DNA of 64,000 nucleotides from an uncultured delta proteobacterium (GTDB lineage Bacteria; Myxococcota_A; Polyangia; Palsa-1104), in the NCBI GenBank assembly GCA_963785725.1, contig CAWAWS010000020.1, forward strand, positions 303,201-367,200, in the 5' to 3' direction. How positions within the stretch are numbered: position 1 is the stretch's first letter; each line of letters begins with the position of its first letter. Below are positions 52,485 to 64,000 of the stretch, one piece after another. Position numbers and translations under genes: made by a program. The notes under the pieces are model-generated. The model worked only from the letters and a program-made list of their open reading frames with translations. It was not told where the DNA came from and did not search any database.

Positions 52485-53333
52485 TCATTCACGGCCTCTG
52501 CCCAGATCGCGATGACGGACCGTCAAAGGGTGCCGCTCCGGCAGCTTTTTAGCTAGCTCCTGAACGACGGCCACCGATCGATGGCGACCGCCGGTGCAGC
52601 CTACAGCTACCGTAAGGTAAGCCTTTCCCTCGCGTTCCGCTCGCGGCAACACGAACTCGAGCAGCGCCTCGGCACGCTCGAGGAAGCCGCGCGCGTCGGG
52701 ATTGTCGAGCACGAAGTCGCTGACTTGCTGCTCCTGCCCCGTCGACGCCGACAGCGCCTCGACGAAGTACGGGTTGGGCAGGAAACGTACATCGAGGACG
52801 ATGTCGGCTTCGGCGGGCAAGCCGTGCTTGAAGCCGAACGACAAGAGCGTCACCGCCAGGACATCGGCAGACCGCCGATAACGCTCCTGAATTACGCCTT
52901 TGAGCTGGTGAACGTTGAGGTTCGCCGTGTGCACGTAGGCGCTCGCATCCTCACGGAGCGGCCGCAGGATGTCGCGCTCGCGGGCGATGCCTTCGCGCAA
53001 GTCGTCGCCCGACAGCGGATGGCGCCGGCGCGTCTCCGAGAAGCGGCGCACGAGCACGTCGTCGTCGGCGTCGAGGTACAGAATTTCCAGCTGGTGACCG
53101 TCGCGACGCAGCGCCGTGAAGACCTCGCGCGCCGACTGCAGGAACTCGCCCTCGCGCGCATCGACGCCGACCGCGGCTTGCTCGGCCTCGCCCGATGCCG
53201 AGAGCAGCTCGACGAAGCGACCCATGAGCGGCAGCGGCAAGTTGTCGACGCAAAAGTAGCCCGCGTCCTCGAGCGCGCGCAGCGCCGTCGACTTGCCCGC
53301 GCCGGAGACCCCGGTGACGATGATGATGCGCAT
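52485..53333 (-). CDS. rapZ: RNase adapter / nucleotide-binding protein RapZ (YvcJ family)
   Basis: The internal start at 53333 gives MRIIIVTGVSGAGKSTALRALEDAGYFCVDNLP, followed by DVRFLPNPYF and GCTGGRHRSV. Confidence 0.9.
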   Translation of the reverse strand: MRIIIVTGVSGAGKSTALRALEDAGYFCVDNLPLPLMGRFVELLSASGEAEQAAVGVDAREGEFLQSAREVFTALRRDGHQLEILYLDADDDVLVRRFSETRRRHPLSGDDLREGIARERDILRPLREDASAYVHTANLNVHQLKGVIQERYRRSADVLAVTLLSFGFKHGLPAEADIVLDVRFLPNPYFVEALSASTGQEQQVSDFVLDNPDARGFLERAEALLEFVLPRAEREGKAYLTVAVGCTGGRHRSVAVVQELAKKLPERHPLTVRHRDLGRGRE

Positions 53334-53371
53334 CGTGCGCCGCGGCGCGTTCGGCTCGCTCGTCACCGCCG

Positions 53372-53567
53372 TCACGTTTGCACCGCGCGCACGCGCCGCC
53401 GACGCGCGCGAAGTCGCCTCGCTGCACTCGCCTCCACGGCGCGAAAATCCGTCGGCGTCGCGTGCGCGCTCACGTTTGCACCGCGCGCACGCGCCGCCGA
53501 CGCGCGCGAAGTCGCCTCGCTGCACTCGCCTCCACGGCGCGAAAATCCGTCGGCGTCGAGTTCGCGC
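53372..53567. repeat. Near-perfect 98-bp tandem duplication (2 copies plus an 8-bp partial third) in the hprK-rapZ intergenic region
   Basis: The unit TCACGTTTGCACCGCGCGCACGCGCCGCCGACGCGCGCGAAGTCGCCTCGCTGCACTCGCCTCCACGGCGCGAAAATCCGTCGGCGTCG... starts at 53372 and again at 53470. The two copies differ only in their last ~10 nt. The ORF track shows the same peptides duplicated. Confidence 0.85.
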
Positions 53568-54540
53568 TCACTCGACCTCGTCGACGCGCAGCCGCGGCTG
53601 CTCGGGCTTGGCTTCGATGAGCGCGCGATTCAGCCGATCCTGGAACTCGCGCGCCGAATGCTTGCCTTGGTACTTCAAGAGCTGGTTACGCGCCGCCACT
53701 TCGATGATCGACGTGATGTTTCGTCCCGGCCGAATCGGCACGCGCAGCATCGGCACGGCGACGTCGAGGATCGAGTGGCGCAGCTCTTCGACGCCGAGCC
53801 GATCGTACTCCTCCTCCTCGTTCCACTCGACGAGCTCGACGACCAGCTCGATCTTCTTGGCGTCGCGCACGGCGCTGATACCGAAGAGGTCCTTGATGTT
53901 GATGATGCCGAGGCCGCGAATTTCCATGTGGTGCTTGATGATGTCGGAGCCGCCGCCGTAGATCATGTCGGGCGGTCGCTTGCGAATCTCGACGATGTCG
54001 TCGGCGACGAGGCGATGACCGCGCAGCACGAGATCGAGCGCCGCCTCCGACTTGCCGATGCCCGACTTGCCCATCAGCAAGATGCCGACGCCAAGGACGT
54101 CGATGAGGACGCCGTGCACGCTCGTCGTCGGCGACAGCCGATCTTCGAGGTACTTCGTCACGCGGTTGATGAACACCGACGACATGAGCGGCGTCGAGAA
54201 CACCGGCACGTTGTACTTGTCGCCGCCGAGCACCAGCTCTTGCGGCACTTCGAGCCCGCGCGTCACGACGATCGTCGACACTTCGAGCGCACAGAGCGCG
54301 TCGAGCCCCATCTGCCGCGCTTCCGGCGACGCTTGGCGCAAGAACGAGAATCTCCGTGAGCCCCAGAACCTGCAGCCGCTCGGGATGAACGTAGGCCGTG
54401 TAACCGGTGAGCGCGAGCCCCGGCTTTTGCACGCGCGGCCCGGAGATGCGCCGCGACAGCCCGCCGCGTCCGCCGACGAGCTCGAGGGCGAGCCCGGCTT
54501 CGCGTGCCTCGAGCAGGCTGTCTACGCGGACGCTGGCCAC
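53568..54540 (-). CDS. hprK: HPr kinase/phosphorylase; one frame break near 54345
   Basis: The N-part comes from ORF 53686-54540 (MASVRVDSLLE...ERLQVLGLTEI). The rest comes from ORF 53568-54341 (VHGVLIDVLGVGILLMGKSGIGKSEAALDLV, HHMEIRGLGIINI). Confidence 0.85.
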
Positions 54541-54568
54541 GCGGCCTCCTAATCCTTAAGAACGCAGC

Positions 54569-55118
54569 TTAATTGCAGCTGAAAACCTTGAACGTGTCCT
54601 TGACCTCTTTGGCGCCGAAGTGCAAGTCGAAGGCGCCCATCAGCGGCTTGACCTTGGTGACGTCGAACTGCGAGAATCGACACCGAGCCCGAATCGGCCT
54701 CGATCGTCATGTCCGGTGTCGTCGACATCGGCGGGTAGTGAAGAAACTGCGCCTGATCCGAGCCCAGACCGCTCATGCAGTTGCCGGGCGTAATCGGATA
54801 CGGCATCGAGTTGCGCGTGCCCGGATAGTTGCCGTCGAAGTCCGGCGCCGTCCCGACGTTCAAGATGATGCGCAGCTCCGTGTGCGCGACGTTGGCGTCG
54901 CGCGCCTGCGGATGCGTCGGGTCGCACAGGAAGTCGAAATCGACGAAGTCGATCAGCATCTGTCCCGGGCTGCCTTGCGGACAGTACGAGGTGTCGGTGG
55001 TCAAGAAGTAGCCTTCGTCCTGGACGGCGAGCGAGTAGGTGCCGACGTCGTAGGTCTTGGCGCCGCCGCCGCAGCCCGCGGCGACCAACAGCAGTGACGG
55101 TAAGATGAAGTGGCGCAT
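54569..55118 (-). CDS. Lipoprotein of unknown function embedded in the rpoN-PTS operon; frame break near 54668
   Basis: MRHFILPSLLLVAAGC lipobox. The start ATG overlaps the ptsN stop codon by 1 nt. A more plausible C-terminus, ...FDVTKVKPLMGAFDLHFGAKEVKDTFKVFSCN*, is found in another frame ending at 54569. Confidence 0.5.
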
Positions 55119-55588
55119 CAGTATTTGGCATCCTCGTCGGCGATGACGCGGAAGATCTCCTGCGCGTCCTTGGCCTGCATGAGACGGGTGCGAAACTCGG
55201 GATCCTTGAACAGCCGCGAGATCCGCGCCAGCGCCTTCAGGTGCACGCCGGTCGAGTTCTCGGGTGCTACGAGGACGAAGAATAGATGCGTCGGCCGGCC
55301 ATCCATCGAGTCGAAGTCGACGCCTTCGACGGCGCGTCCGACGCAGGCGACCAGCTTGCCGACCGCGTCCAGCTTGCCGTGCGGGATGGCGACGCCTTCA
55401 CCGATCGCCGTCGACGCCAGCCGCTCGCGCTCGAGCAGAACTTTGGCCAATACCTCGCGATCGATCTTTTGCGGCCCACTCACGTGCGCCGCCAGATGGT
55501 CCGCCAGCTCTCTGATCACCGCGCTCTTTTCGCGCGCCTGCAGCTGCGGCACGATGAGCTCGGGTCCGACAAAGTCTACAATCTTCAT
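55118..55588 (-). CDS. ptsN: PTS EIIA-Ntr (nitrogen regulatory IIA protein)
   Basis: 156 aa; STAIGEGVAIPHGK (phospho-His motif) and THLFFVLVAPE. Confidence 0.85.
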   Translation of the reverse strand: MKIVDFVGPELIVPQLQAREKSAVIRELADHLAAHVSGPQKIDREVLAKVLLERERLASTAIGEGVAIPHGKLDAVGKLVACVGRAVEGVDFDSMDGRPTHLFFVLVAPENSTGVHLKALARISRLFKDPEFRTRLMQAKDAQEIFRVIADEDAKY

Positions 55589-55619
55589 TCGCTAAGCCTT
55601 TGCCCGTACGGAGCGTCCC

Positions 55620-56219
55620 TCAGCCCTTGCCGTTTCCGTTTTGCCCTGTCTCGATCAGCCCGTACGTCCCGTCGCCACGACGATACACGACATTGACCTC
55701 GTGTGAAGCGGCGTTTGTATAGACCAGGAAATCGTTGCCGAGCAGGTTCATCTGCATCACGGCCTCGGGTGGTGTCAACGGCTTCGCAAAGAATTTCGAC
55801 TTCTTGATGATCTCGGGCTGCGCCGCCGCCGCCACGGCGCCGTCGGCCGGCGTCGCGCTGTCTTCCTCGGGCACCGAGAGCACCGAGTGCGTGATCTCAC
55901 GCAGGCCGTGCAGGCCTTCGGAACCCTTGTGGCCGCGGATCTTTTCTTTGTAACGCCGAACCTGGCGCTCGATCTTGGCCATCACGAGATCGATCGACGA
56001 GTACATGTCCTCGGTCGTCTCGATGCCCTTGATGACGAGGCCGTTGTGCAACGTCAACATCACGTCCGCGGTGTGGTTGTAGCCGCGATCGCAGATGAGC
56101 ACGACGTGCGCCTTGATCGGATCGGGGAAGTACTTCTTGATGCGCTCGATCTTCTCGCCCGCGTAATCGCGCAGCGCATCGGTCGAGTCCATGTGTCGGA
56201 AGGTTACGGAGAGCTGCAT
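55620..56219 (-). CDS. hpf: Ribosome hibernation-promoting factor (long HPF)
   Basis: MQLSVTFRHMDSTDALRDYAGEKIERIKKYF, plus the C-terminal dimerisation domain (FAKPLTPPEAVMQMNLLGNDFLVY). Confidence 0.9.
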   Translation of the reverse strand: MQLSVTFRHMDSTDALRDYAGEKIERIKKYFPDPIKAHVVLICDRGYNHTADVMLTLHNGLVIKGIETTEDMYSSIDLVMAKIERQVRRYKEKIRGHKGSEGLHGLREITHSVLSVPEEDSATPADGAVAAAAQPEIIKKSKFFAKPLTPPEAVMQMNLLGNDFLVYTNAASHEVNVVYRRGDGTYGLIETGQNGNGKG

Positions 56220-56270
56220 GGGCGTGCCTCCGTCAGGCGGGGACGAGGTCGGATGTCTAACGTACGTATC

Positions 56271-57765
<1,495 letters not shown>

Positions 57766-57961
57766 TCACTCGTCCTTTCGAACCGTTACCTAATCGCCGG
57801 CGCTGTCTTCCACTCTTGGTATAAACATAGCAGGACGGCTTTGAAGTGTAAAGGTCAAAAGGTCAGGGCAGGTATGTGACTTGCATGCAGGGCGCGAATT
57901 GTCGCCGGCGCCTGTGCTTCGACCGCTGTGGCGCGATCTTTGCCGATGTAAATCCGACTAC

Positions 57962-60124
<2,163 letters not shown>

Positions 60125-60128
<4 letters not shown>

Positions 60129-60700
60129 GCCGCTTCTTTCTCGTATTTCTGCTGCTTTTACCGGCGATTGCGCGGGCGCAGTCGGCGACCGCGCCGGCGA
60201 CTCCGCCGCCGATTGCGCCGGTCGACGGCGGCGCCACCGTCAGCGTGCAGGTCGATCCCAACGGCGACACGACGCTCGACGTCAAGCGCGGCGACGTCAA
60301 CGTCAGCGCCAACGGCAAGACCGAGCACGTCGGCCCGGGCGAGACGGTGCGCACGCAGAAGAAGCAGCCACTCAAGCGCATGGCGCCGGCGCCCATGATG
60401 ACGACGCCGGCCGATGGGACGACCGTCAACACGCTCGACGTCGGCTTCGCCTGGCAGCCGGTGCCCGGTGCCAATCGCTACTTGTTGGAAATTGCGCCCG
60501 ATCCGCAGTTCCAGAGCACGCGTACACTGACGACGGCCGGAACGACGACGCGCATGACACTCGACGGCAGCACTTCCTATTATTGGCGCGTCACCGTGCT
60601 CGACGGCAGCGGCATGCCCGGAAAGCGCGGCCAGCCCTGGCATTTGACGATCGACACGACTCCGCCCAAGCTCAAGGCAGGCAAACCCAAGTGGCGCTGA
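60125..60700 (+). CDS. Secreted protein, unknown function (possible Ig/Fn3-like C-terminal half)
   Basis: The ATG overlaps the upstream stop codon (ATGA). Signal peptide MSRFFLVFLLLLPAIARA, then PADGTTV...FAWQPVPGANRYLLEIAPDPQF...YYWRV. Confidence 0.5.
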
Positions 60701-62460
60701 AGCTGAAGCTGGCCTCGCGCCTGGCCCTCTTGTTCGTCGCCGCCGGGCTCGTGCCGCTCGGCGTGACGATGCTGGTGCTGGTGCCGCGCGGCGAAGATGC
60801 GCTGCGCACCTCGGCGAAGCTGCTGCACGAGGCGCAATTGGAGGGGCTGCGCGCCCGCGTCGACGGCGCGTTCGACGATCTGTTGGCCGACGTGCGTCTG
60901 TTGGCGGCGGGCGAAGGCGATCAGGCCGAGCGGCGCGCGCTCTTGCGCTTCTTGCTCGAGAAGCATCAGGAGCTGACGATCGTCACGCTCTACGCCGACG
61001 GGCAAAAGGTCGCGGGCGCGCAAGCCTACGATCGCGGACAGGTGACGCCGGCCGAGCTCGACGAGCACGAGCAGCGGGCGCGACCGCTGCTCGGCGGCGG
61101 CGTGCAGGCGAGCCCGTTCTACGCGTCGGCCGAGCGGCGCGAGCTCCTGATCACGCTGGTGACGCCGCTCGGCGGTCACGGCCGCGCGTTGGCGACGGAA
61201 GTGAGCCTGCGCAAGCTGCAAGAGCTCATCGCGCATACGAAGGTCGGGCGCCGCGGGCTCGCCTATGTCGTCGACGGACAAGGGCGGCTCGTGGCGCATC
61301 CCGATCTGGCGCGGGTGTTGGCGCGCGAGGATGTGTCGGCGCTGCCGATCGTCGCGCAGCTCTTGGCCGACCTGCCCGCCAACGGGCGCGCGATGACGGT
61401 CGTGACCGACTTTACCGCCGACGGCAAAGCGCAAGTGGGTGCGTTCGCGCCGCTCGGTCGGCTGCGCTGGGGTCTCGTCGTGTCCGAGCCGCGCGAAGAC
61501 GCCTACGGCTTGGCGCGCGCGACGTGGGCGCACGCCGCCGGCTGGACGGCGCTGGCGCTCGCGCTCGTGCTCTTGGCCGCCTTCTACTTCGCGCGAGGAA
61601 TCACGCGGCCGGTGGCCCAGCTCGTCGTCGGCACGCGCAGCTTGGCGGCGGGCGCGTTCGGCGCCATCGTGTCGGTCGAAGGGCCGCCCGAGATCGCCGA
61701 GCTGGCCTCGGCATTCAACGAAGCCTCGCAGCGGCTCGATCATTACGATGCCGAGAATCGCCGCCTGCTGCTCGAAGTGGAGCGCGGCTATCTCGAGGTC
61801 TTGCGCGCGCTCGTCAACGCCATCGAAGCCAAAGATCCGTATACGGCCGGCCATTCGCAGCGCACGGCCGAGTTCGCCGTCGCCATCGGGCGCGAGCTCG
61901 GGCTGACCGTCGACGAGCTGCACGAGCTGGAGGTCGGCGGGCTCTTGCACGACATCGGCAAGATCGGCATCGCCGAGCAGATCTTGCGCAAGCCGGCGCA
62001 GCTCGACGACGCCGAGATGCGCATCATGCGCGGCCATCCGGCGATCGGCGACGGCATCGTCGGCGACATCGAGCTGCTCGGCCGCATCCGCTCGATGGTG
62101 CGCAATCATCACGAGCGCTTCGACGGCTCGGGCTATCCCGATGGGCTCGTCGGTGAGCAGATTCCGCTCGGCGCGCGCATCATCGCCGTCGCCGACACCT
62201 ACGACGCCATCACGTCCGATCGTTGCTATCAGCCGGGCCGGCCGCCGGCGGAGTCGGTGCCGATTCTGCATCGATTGGCGGGCCAGCAGCTCGACGAGAT
62301 GGTCGTCGATGCGCTGTTTCGCGCGCTCCTGACGCTCGGGCAGCTGCACGAGAGCGACATGATGCTGCCGCCGACGACGCCGGCCTCGCCGACGCAGCGG
62401 CGCCGGCCGACGCTGGAGCTGAATCTGCCACCGCCGCCCAAGCGCAGCGACGTGAATTAG
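60691..62460 (+). CDS. Membrane sensor with HAMP and HD-GYP (c-di-GMP phosphodiesterase-type) domains
   Basis: The probable GTG start at 60691 overlaps the upstream stop codon. It has two TM helices flanking a periplasmic Cache-like region. The HD-GYP domain shows DPYTAGHSQRTAEFAV, LLHDIGKIGI, and HHERFDGSGYPDGL. Confidence 0.85.
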   Translation: MALKLKLASRLALLFVAAGLVPLGVTMLVLVPRGEDALRTSAKLLHEAQLEGLRARVDGAFDDLLADVRLLAAGEGDQAERRALLRFLLEKHQELTIVTLYADGQKVAGAQAYDRGQVTPAELDEHEQRARPLLGGGVQASPFYASAERRELLITLVTPLGGHGRALATEVSLRKLQELIAHTKVGRRGLAYVVDGQGRLVAHPDLARVLAREDVSALPIVAQLLADLPANGRAMTVVTDFTADGKAQVGAFAPLGRLRWGLVVSEPREDAYGLARATWAHAAGWTALALALVLLAAFYFARGITRPVAQLVVGTRSLAAGAFGAIVSVEGPPEIAELASAFNEASQRLDHYDAENRRLLLEVERGYLEVLRALVNAIEAKDPYTAGHSQRTAEFAVAIGRELGLTVDELHELEVGGLLHDIGKIGIAEQILRKPAQLDDAEMRIMRGHPAIGDGIVGDIELLGRIRSMVRNHHERFDGSGYPDGLVGEQIPLGARIIAVADTYDAITSDRCYQPGRPPAESVPILHRLAGQQLDEMVVDALFRALLTLGQLHESDMMLPPTTPASPTQRRRPTLELNLPPPPKRSDVN

Positions 62461-62525
62461 CGAGCTGGTGCGCCTTCGCTTCGTCGCGCCGTAACGGAAC
62501 GGAGCGTCCCGTTGGATCTTCGACT

Positions 62526-62744
62526 CTAGCGAAGCAAAGTCGAGACGACGATCGCGACGAACAGCGTCACGCAGCCGAGCGACATGTAAACGACGACCGG
62601 ATCGATGTCGGTGCGCTTGATGAGCTCGGCGGCGGCCTTTTTCGTGGCTTCGTCGCCGTTCGACTGCACGACGGCCTGCGCCAGCTTGCGCGCTTCGGCG
62701 AAGTCGCCGGCTTCGAAGGCGCGCTGAGCGGCGTCTAGAGACAT
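62526..62744 (-). CDS. Small tail-anchored membrane protein, hypothetical
   Basis: 72 aa: a helical soluble N-part plus a C-terminal TM helix (VVVYMSLGCVTLFVAIVVSTLL). Confidence 0.45.
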   Translation of the reverse strand: MSLDAAQRAFEAGDFAEARKLAQAVVQSNGDEATKKAAAELIKRTDIDPVVVYMSLGCVTLFVAIVVSTLLR

Positions 62745-62770
62745 CGATTGAACCTATAATAGATGGCATC

Positions 62771-63706
62771 GTGCGACAAGACATCGTGGAGCGGCTGAAG
62801 CGGCCGGGGCGAACGTTCGACGTCATCGGCTGTGGCGAGAGCTCGATCGACGAGATTTGGGTGCTGGGCACGGCGCCCGATTGGGGCGGCAAAGTGCGCG
62901 CGTCGCGACGAGAGCGCATGGGCGGCGGGCAGATCGCGACGGCGATGGTGGCGTGCGCGCGGCTCGGCCTGCGCGCGGCGTTCGCCGGCGGCGTCGGCGA
63001 CGACGAAGACGGCGTCGAGCTGCTCGAAGGCTTGCGCGACGAAGGCGTCGATGTCGCGCACGCGCGCCGGCTGCCCGGCGTGACGACGCGCGCGGCCTTG
63101 ATCCTCGTCGACGAGCGCAACGGCGAGCGCGCGGTCATCGAGCACGGCCCGGCGCGCACACCGCACGCGCCGCACGCCGTGCCGCCGACCGTCGCGCAAG
63201 CGCGCATCGTGCATTTGGACGCGACCAATCCGCCGTTGGCGCGCGAGATTGCGCTGCGCGCGCGAGAAGCAGGCGCGATCGTGTCCCTCGACGTCGACCA
63301 TCCGGCGCCCGGTCTCGACGAGCTCCTGCCCTTGTCGGACATTTGCATCACGGCGCGCGGCCTGCCCGAGCTCTTGACCGGCGAGCGTGAGCTGGAAAAG
63401 GCGCTGCGCGTGCTCGCCGAGCGCGTTCCGGGCGGGCTCCTCGGCTGCACGCTCGGGAGCGACGGCGCCGCGCTGCTCGACGAAGGCCACCTGCTGCTCT
63501 CGCCCGCGTTTGCCGTGCGCGCCGTCGACACGACGGCGTGCGGCGACACCTTCCGCGCCGGCTTCTTGTGCGCGCTCGCCGACGGGCGCGCGCCGGCCGC
63601 GGCCTTGCGCTTCGCCAACGCGGCCGCGGCGCTGAAGGCGCGCGATCTCGGCCGGCGCGGCTGTCCGACGCGCGCCGAAGTGAACGCGCTGCTCGCGCAA
63701 GCGTAA
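62771..63706 (+). CDS. PfkB-family carbohydrate kinase
   Basis: 311 aa; GGGQIATAMVACARLG and the DTTACGDTFRAGFLCAL signature. Confidence 0.8.
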   Translation: MRQDIVERLKRPGRTFDVIGCGESSIDEIWVLGTAPDWGGKVRASRRERMGGGQIATAMVACARLGLRAAFAGGVGDDEDGVELLEGLRDEGVDVAHARRLPGVTTRAALILVDERNGERAVIEHGPARTPHAPHAVPPTVAQARIVHLDATNPPLAREIALRAREAGAIVSLDVDHPAPGLDELLPLSDICITARGLPELLTGERELEKALRVLAERVPGGLLGCTLGSDGAALLDEGHLLLSPAFAVRAVDTTACGDTFRAGFLCALADGRAPAAALRFANAAAALKARDLGRRGCPTRAEVNALLAQA

Positions 63707-63750
63707 TGGTCGAAGCTGACGAAGCGGGAGATACGAAATAACGACGGAGA

Positions 63751-64000
63751 TCAGCCTTCGCCGAGTGGGCGACTGCGCTGCCAGTTCGTGCGCTCGGTCG
63801 ACGCGGCGGCGCCGTTTGCGGCCGCCGTCGTCGCCGTCGGCACGTCGAGCGCGTGCAGCGCGGCGGCCGCCAACGCGGCGTCGAGCGCCTCGTCGGAATC
63901 GCCGAGCTCGAGGGGCCTCAGCAGCTCCGCTTTGTGCTGCTCGATGAACGCCGTCGAATATTTGCCGGCGCGGAACGCCTCGTTGCGCAGGACGCGGCGA
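63751..64000 (-). CDS. C-terminal end of a biotin carboxylase-type (ATP-grasp carboxylase) protein; partial, runs off the window
   Basis: My own translation of the minus strand is ...RRVLRNEAFRAGKYSTAFIEQHKAELLRPLELGDSDEALDAALAAAALHALDV...RPLGEG*. The FxxGxxxTxFIE ending is typical of the biotin carboxylase C-terminal domain. Confidence 0.5.
   Translation of the reverse strand, partial: RRVLRNEAFRAGKYSTAFIEQHKAELLRPLELGDSDEALDAALAAAALHALDVPTATTAAANGAAASTERTNWQRSRPLGEG

Noticed and set aside
53372-53567. Small ORFs starting MQRGDFARVGGACARCKR inside each 98-bp repeat unit.
   Set aside because: They are a by-product of the duplication. The unit length is not a multiple of 3, and the peptides have GC-shadow composition.
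62470-62525. Imperfect hairpin (AACGGAACG-GAG-CGTCCCGTT) between the convergent HD-GYP and small-protein genes, considered as a bidirectional terminator.
   Set aside because: The stem has one mismatch and there is no flanking T/A tract. It is plausible but unsupported.

Overview
High-GC (roughly 68-70%) bacterial chromosomal window. The gene content suggests a Myxococcota/deltaproteobacteria-like organism: Ser/Thr kinase-STAND protein, many lipobox lipoproteins, giant repeat surface proteins, a sigma-54/PTS-Ntr operon. That taxonomic call is inference only. Layout: (1) 43-9600 holds a group 1h/5 (high-affinity type) [NiFe]-hydrogenase small and large subunit pair, a putative Ni transporter, and divergent hypBA / hypFCDE maturation genes. 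(2) 9.6-16.4 kb is a decayed accessory patch: a phosphoribosyltransferase pseudogene, orphan small genes, two diverged IS66 transposase 3' remnants bracketing a lipoprotein and an HTTM-domain gene pair, and an IS481-family remnant abutting the second IS66 remnant. (3) 16.4-24.6 kb holds two giant secreted proteins: an alpha-2-macroglobulin-like MG-domain protein with no thioester domain, and a lipoprotein with 12 tandem ~84-aa repeats. (4) 25-26 kb holds an RRM/RGG protein, IF-1 and a cold-shock protein. (5) 28.2-37.5 kb is a tightly packed minus-strand six-gene cluster: metallophosphoesterase, 412-aa unknown, 2OG-Fe(II) oxygenase, enoyl-CoA hydratase, STK-AAA-TPR, B12-radical SAM. (6) 38.1-42.7 kb holds redox genes, including one gene encoding four tandem DsbA-like CPFC domains. 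(7) 42.8-49.8 kb holds an amidohydrolase, a peptidase/TolB/beta-barrel protein, GNAT, a response regulator and a hydrolase. (8) 49.9-59.7 kb holds a pyrG / rpoN-hpf-ptsN-hprK-rapZ-EIIA-HPr-EI block. (9) 59.7-64 kb holds a FecR-like/HD-GYP operon, a PfkB kinase and a partial biotin carboxylase. About 35-40 reading-frame breaks are strongly clustered in a few genes (hypF, the 4xDsbA gene, pyrG), while multi-kb neighbours are intact. Essential genes are affected, so local sequence or assembly error is as likely as real pseudogenisation. No rRNA, tRNA or CRISPR array was recognised. All family calls rest on motifs read by eye from the ORF track; no database search was possible.
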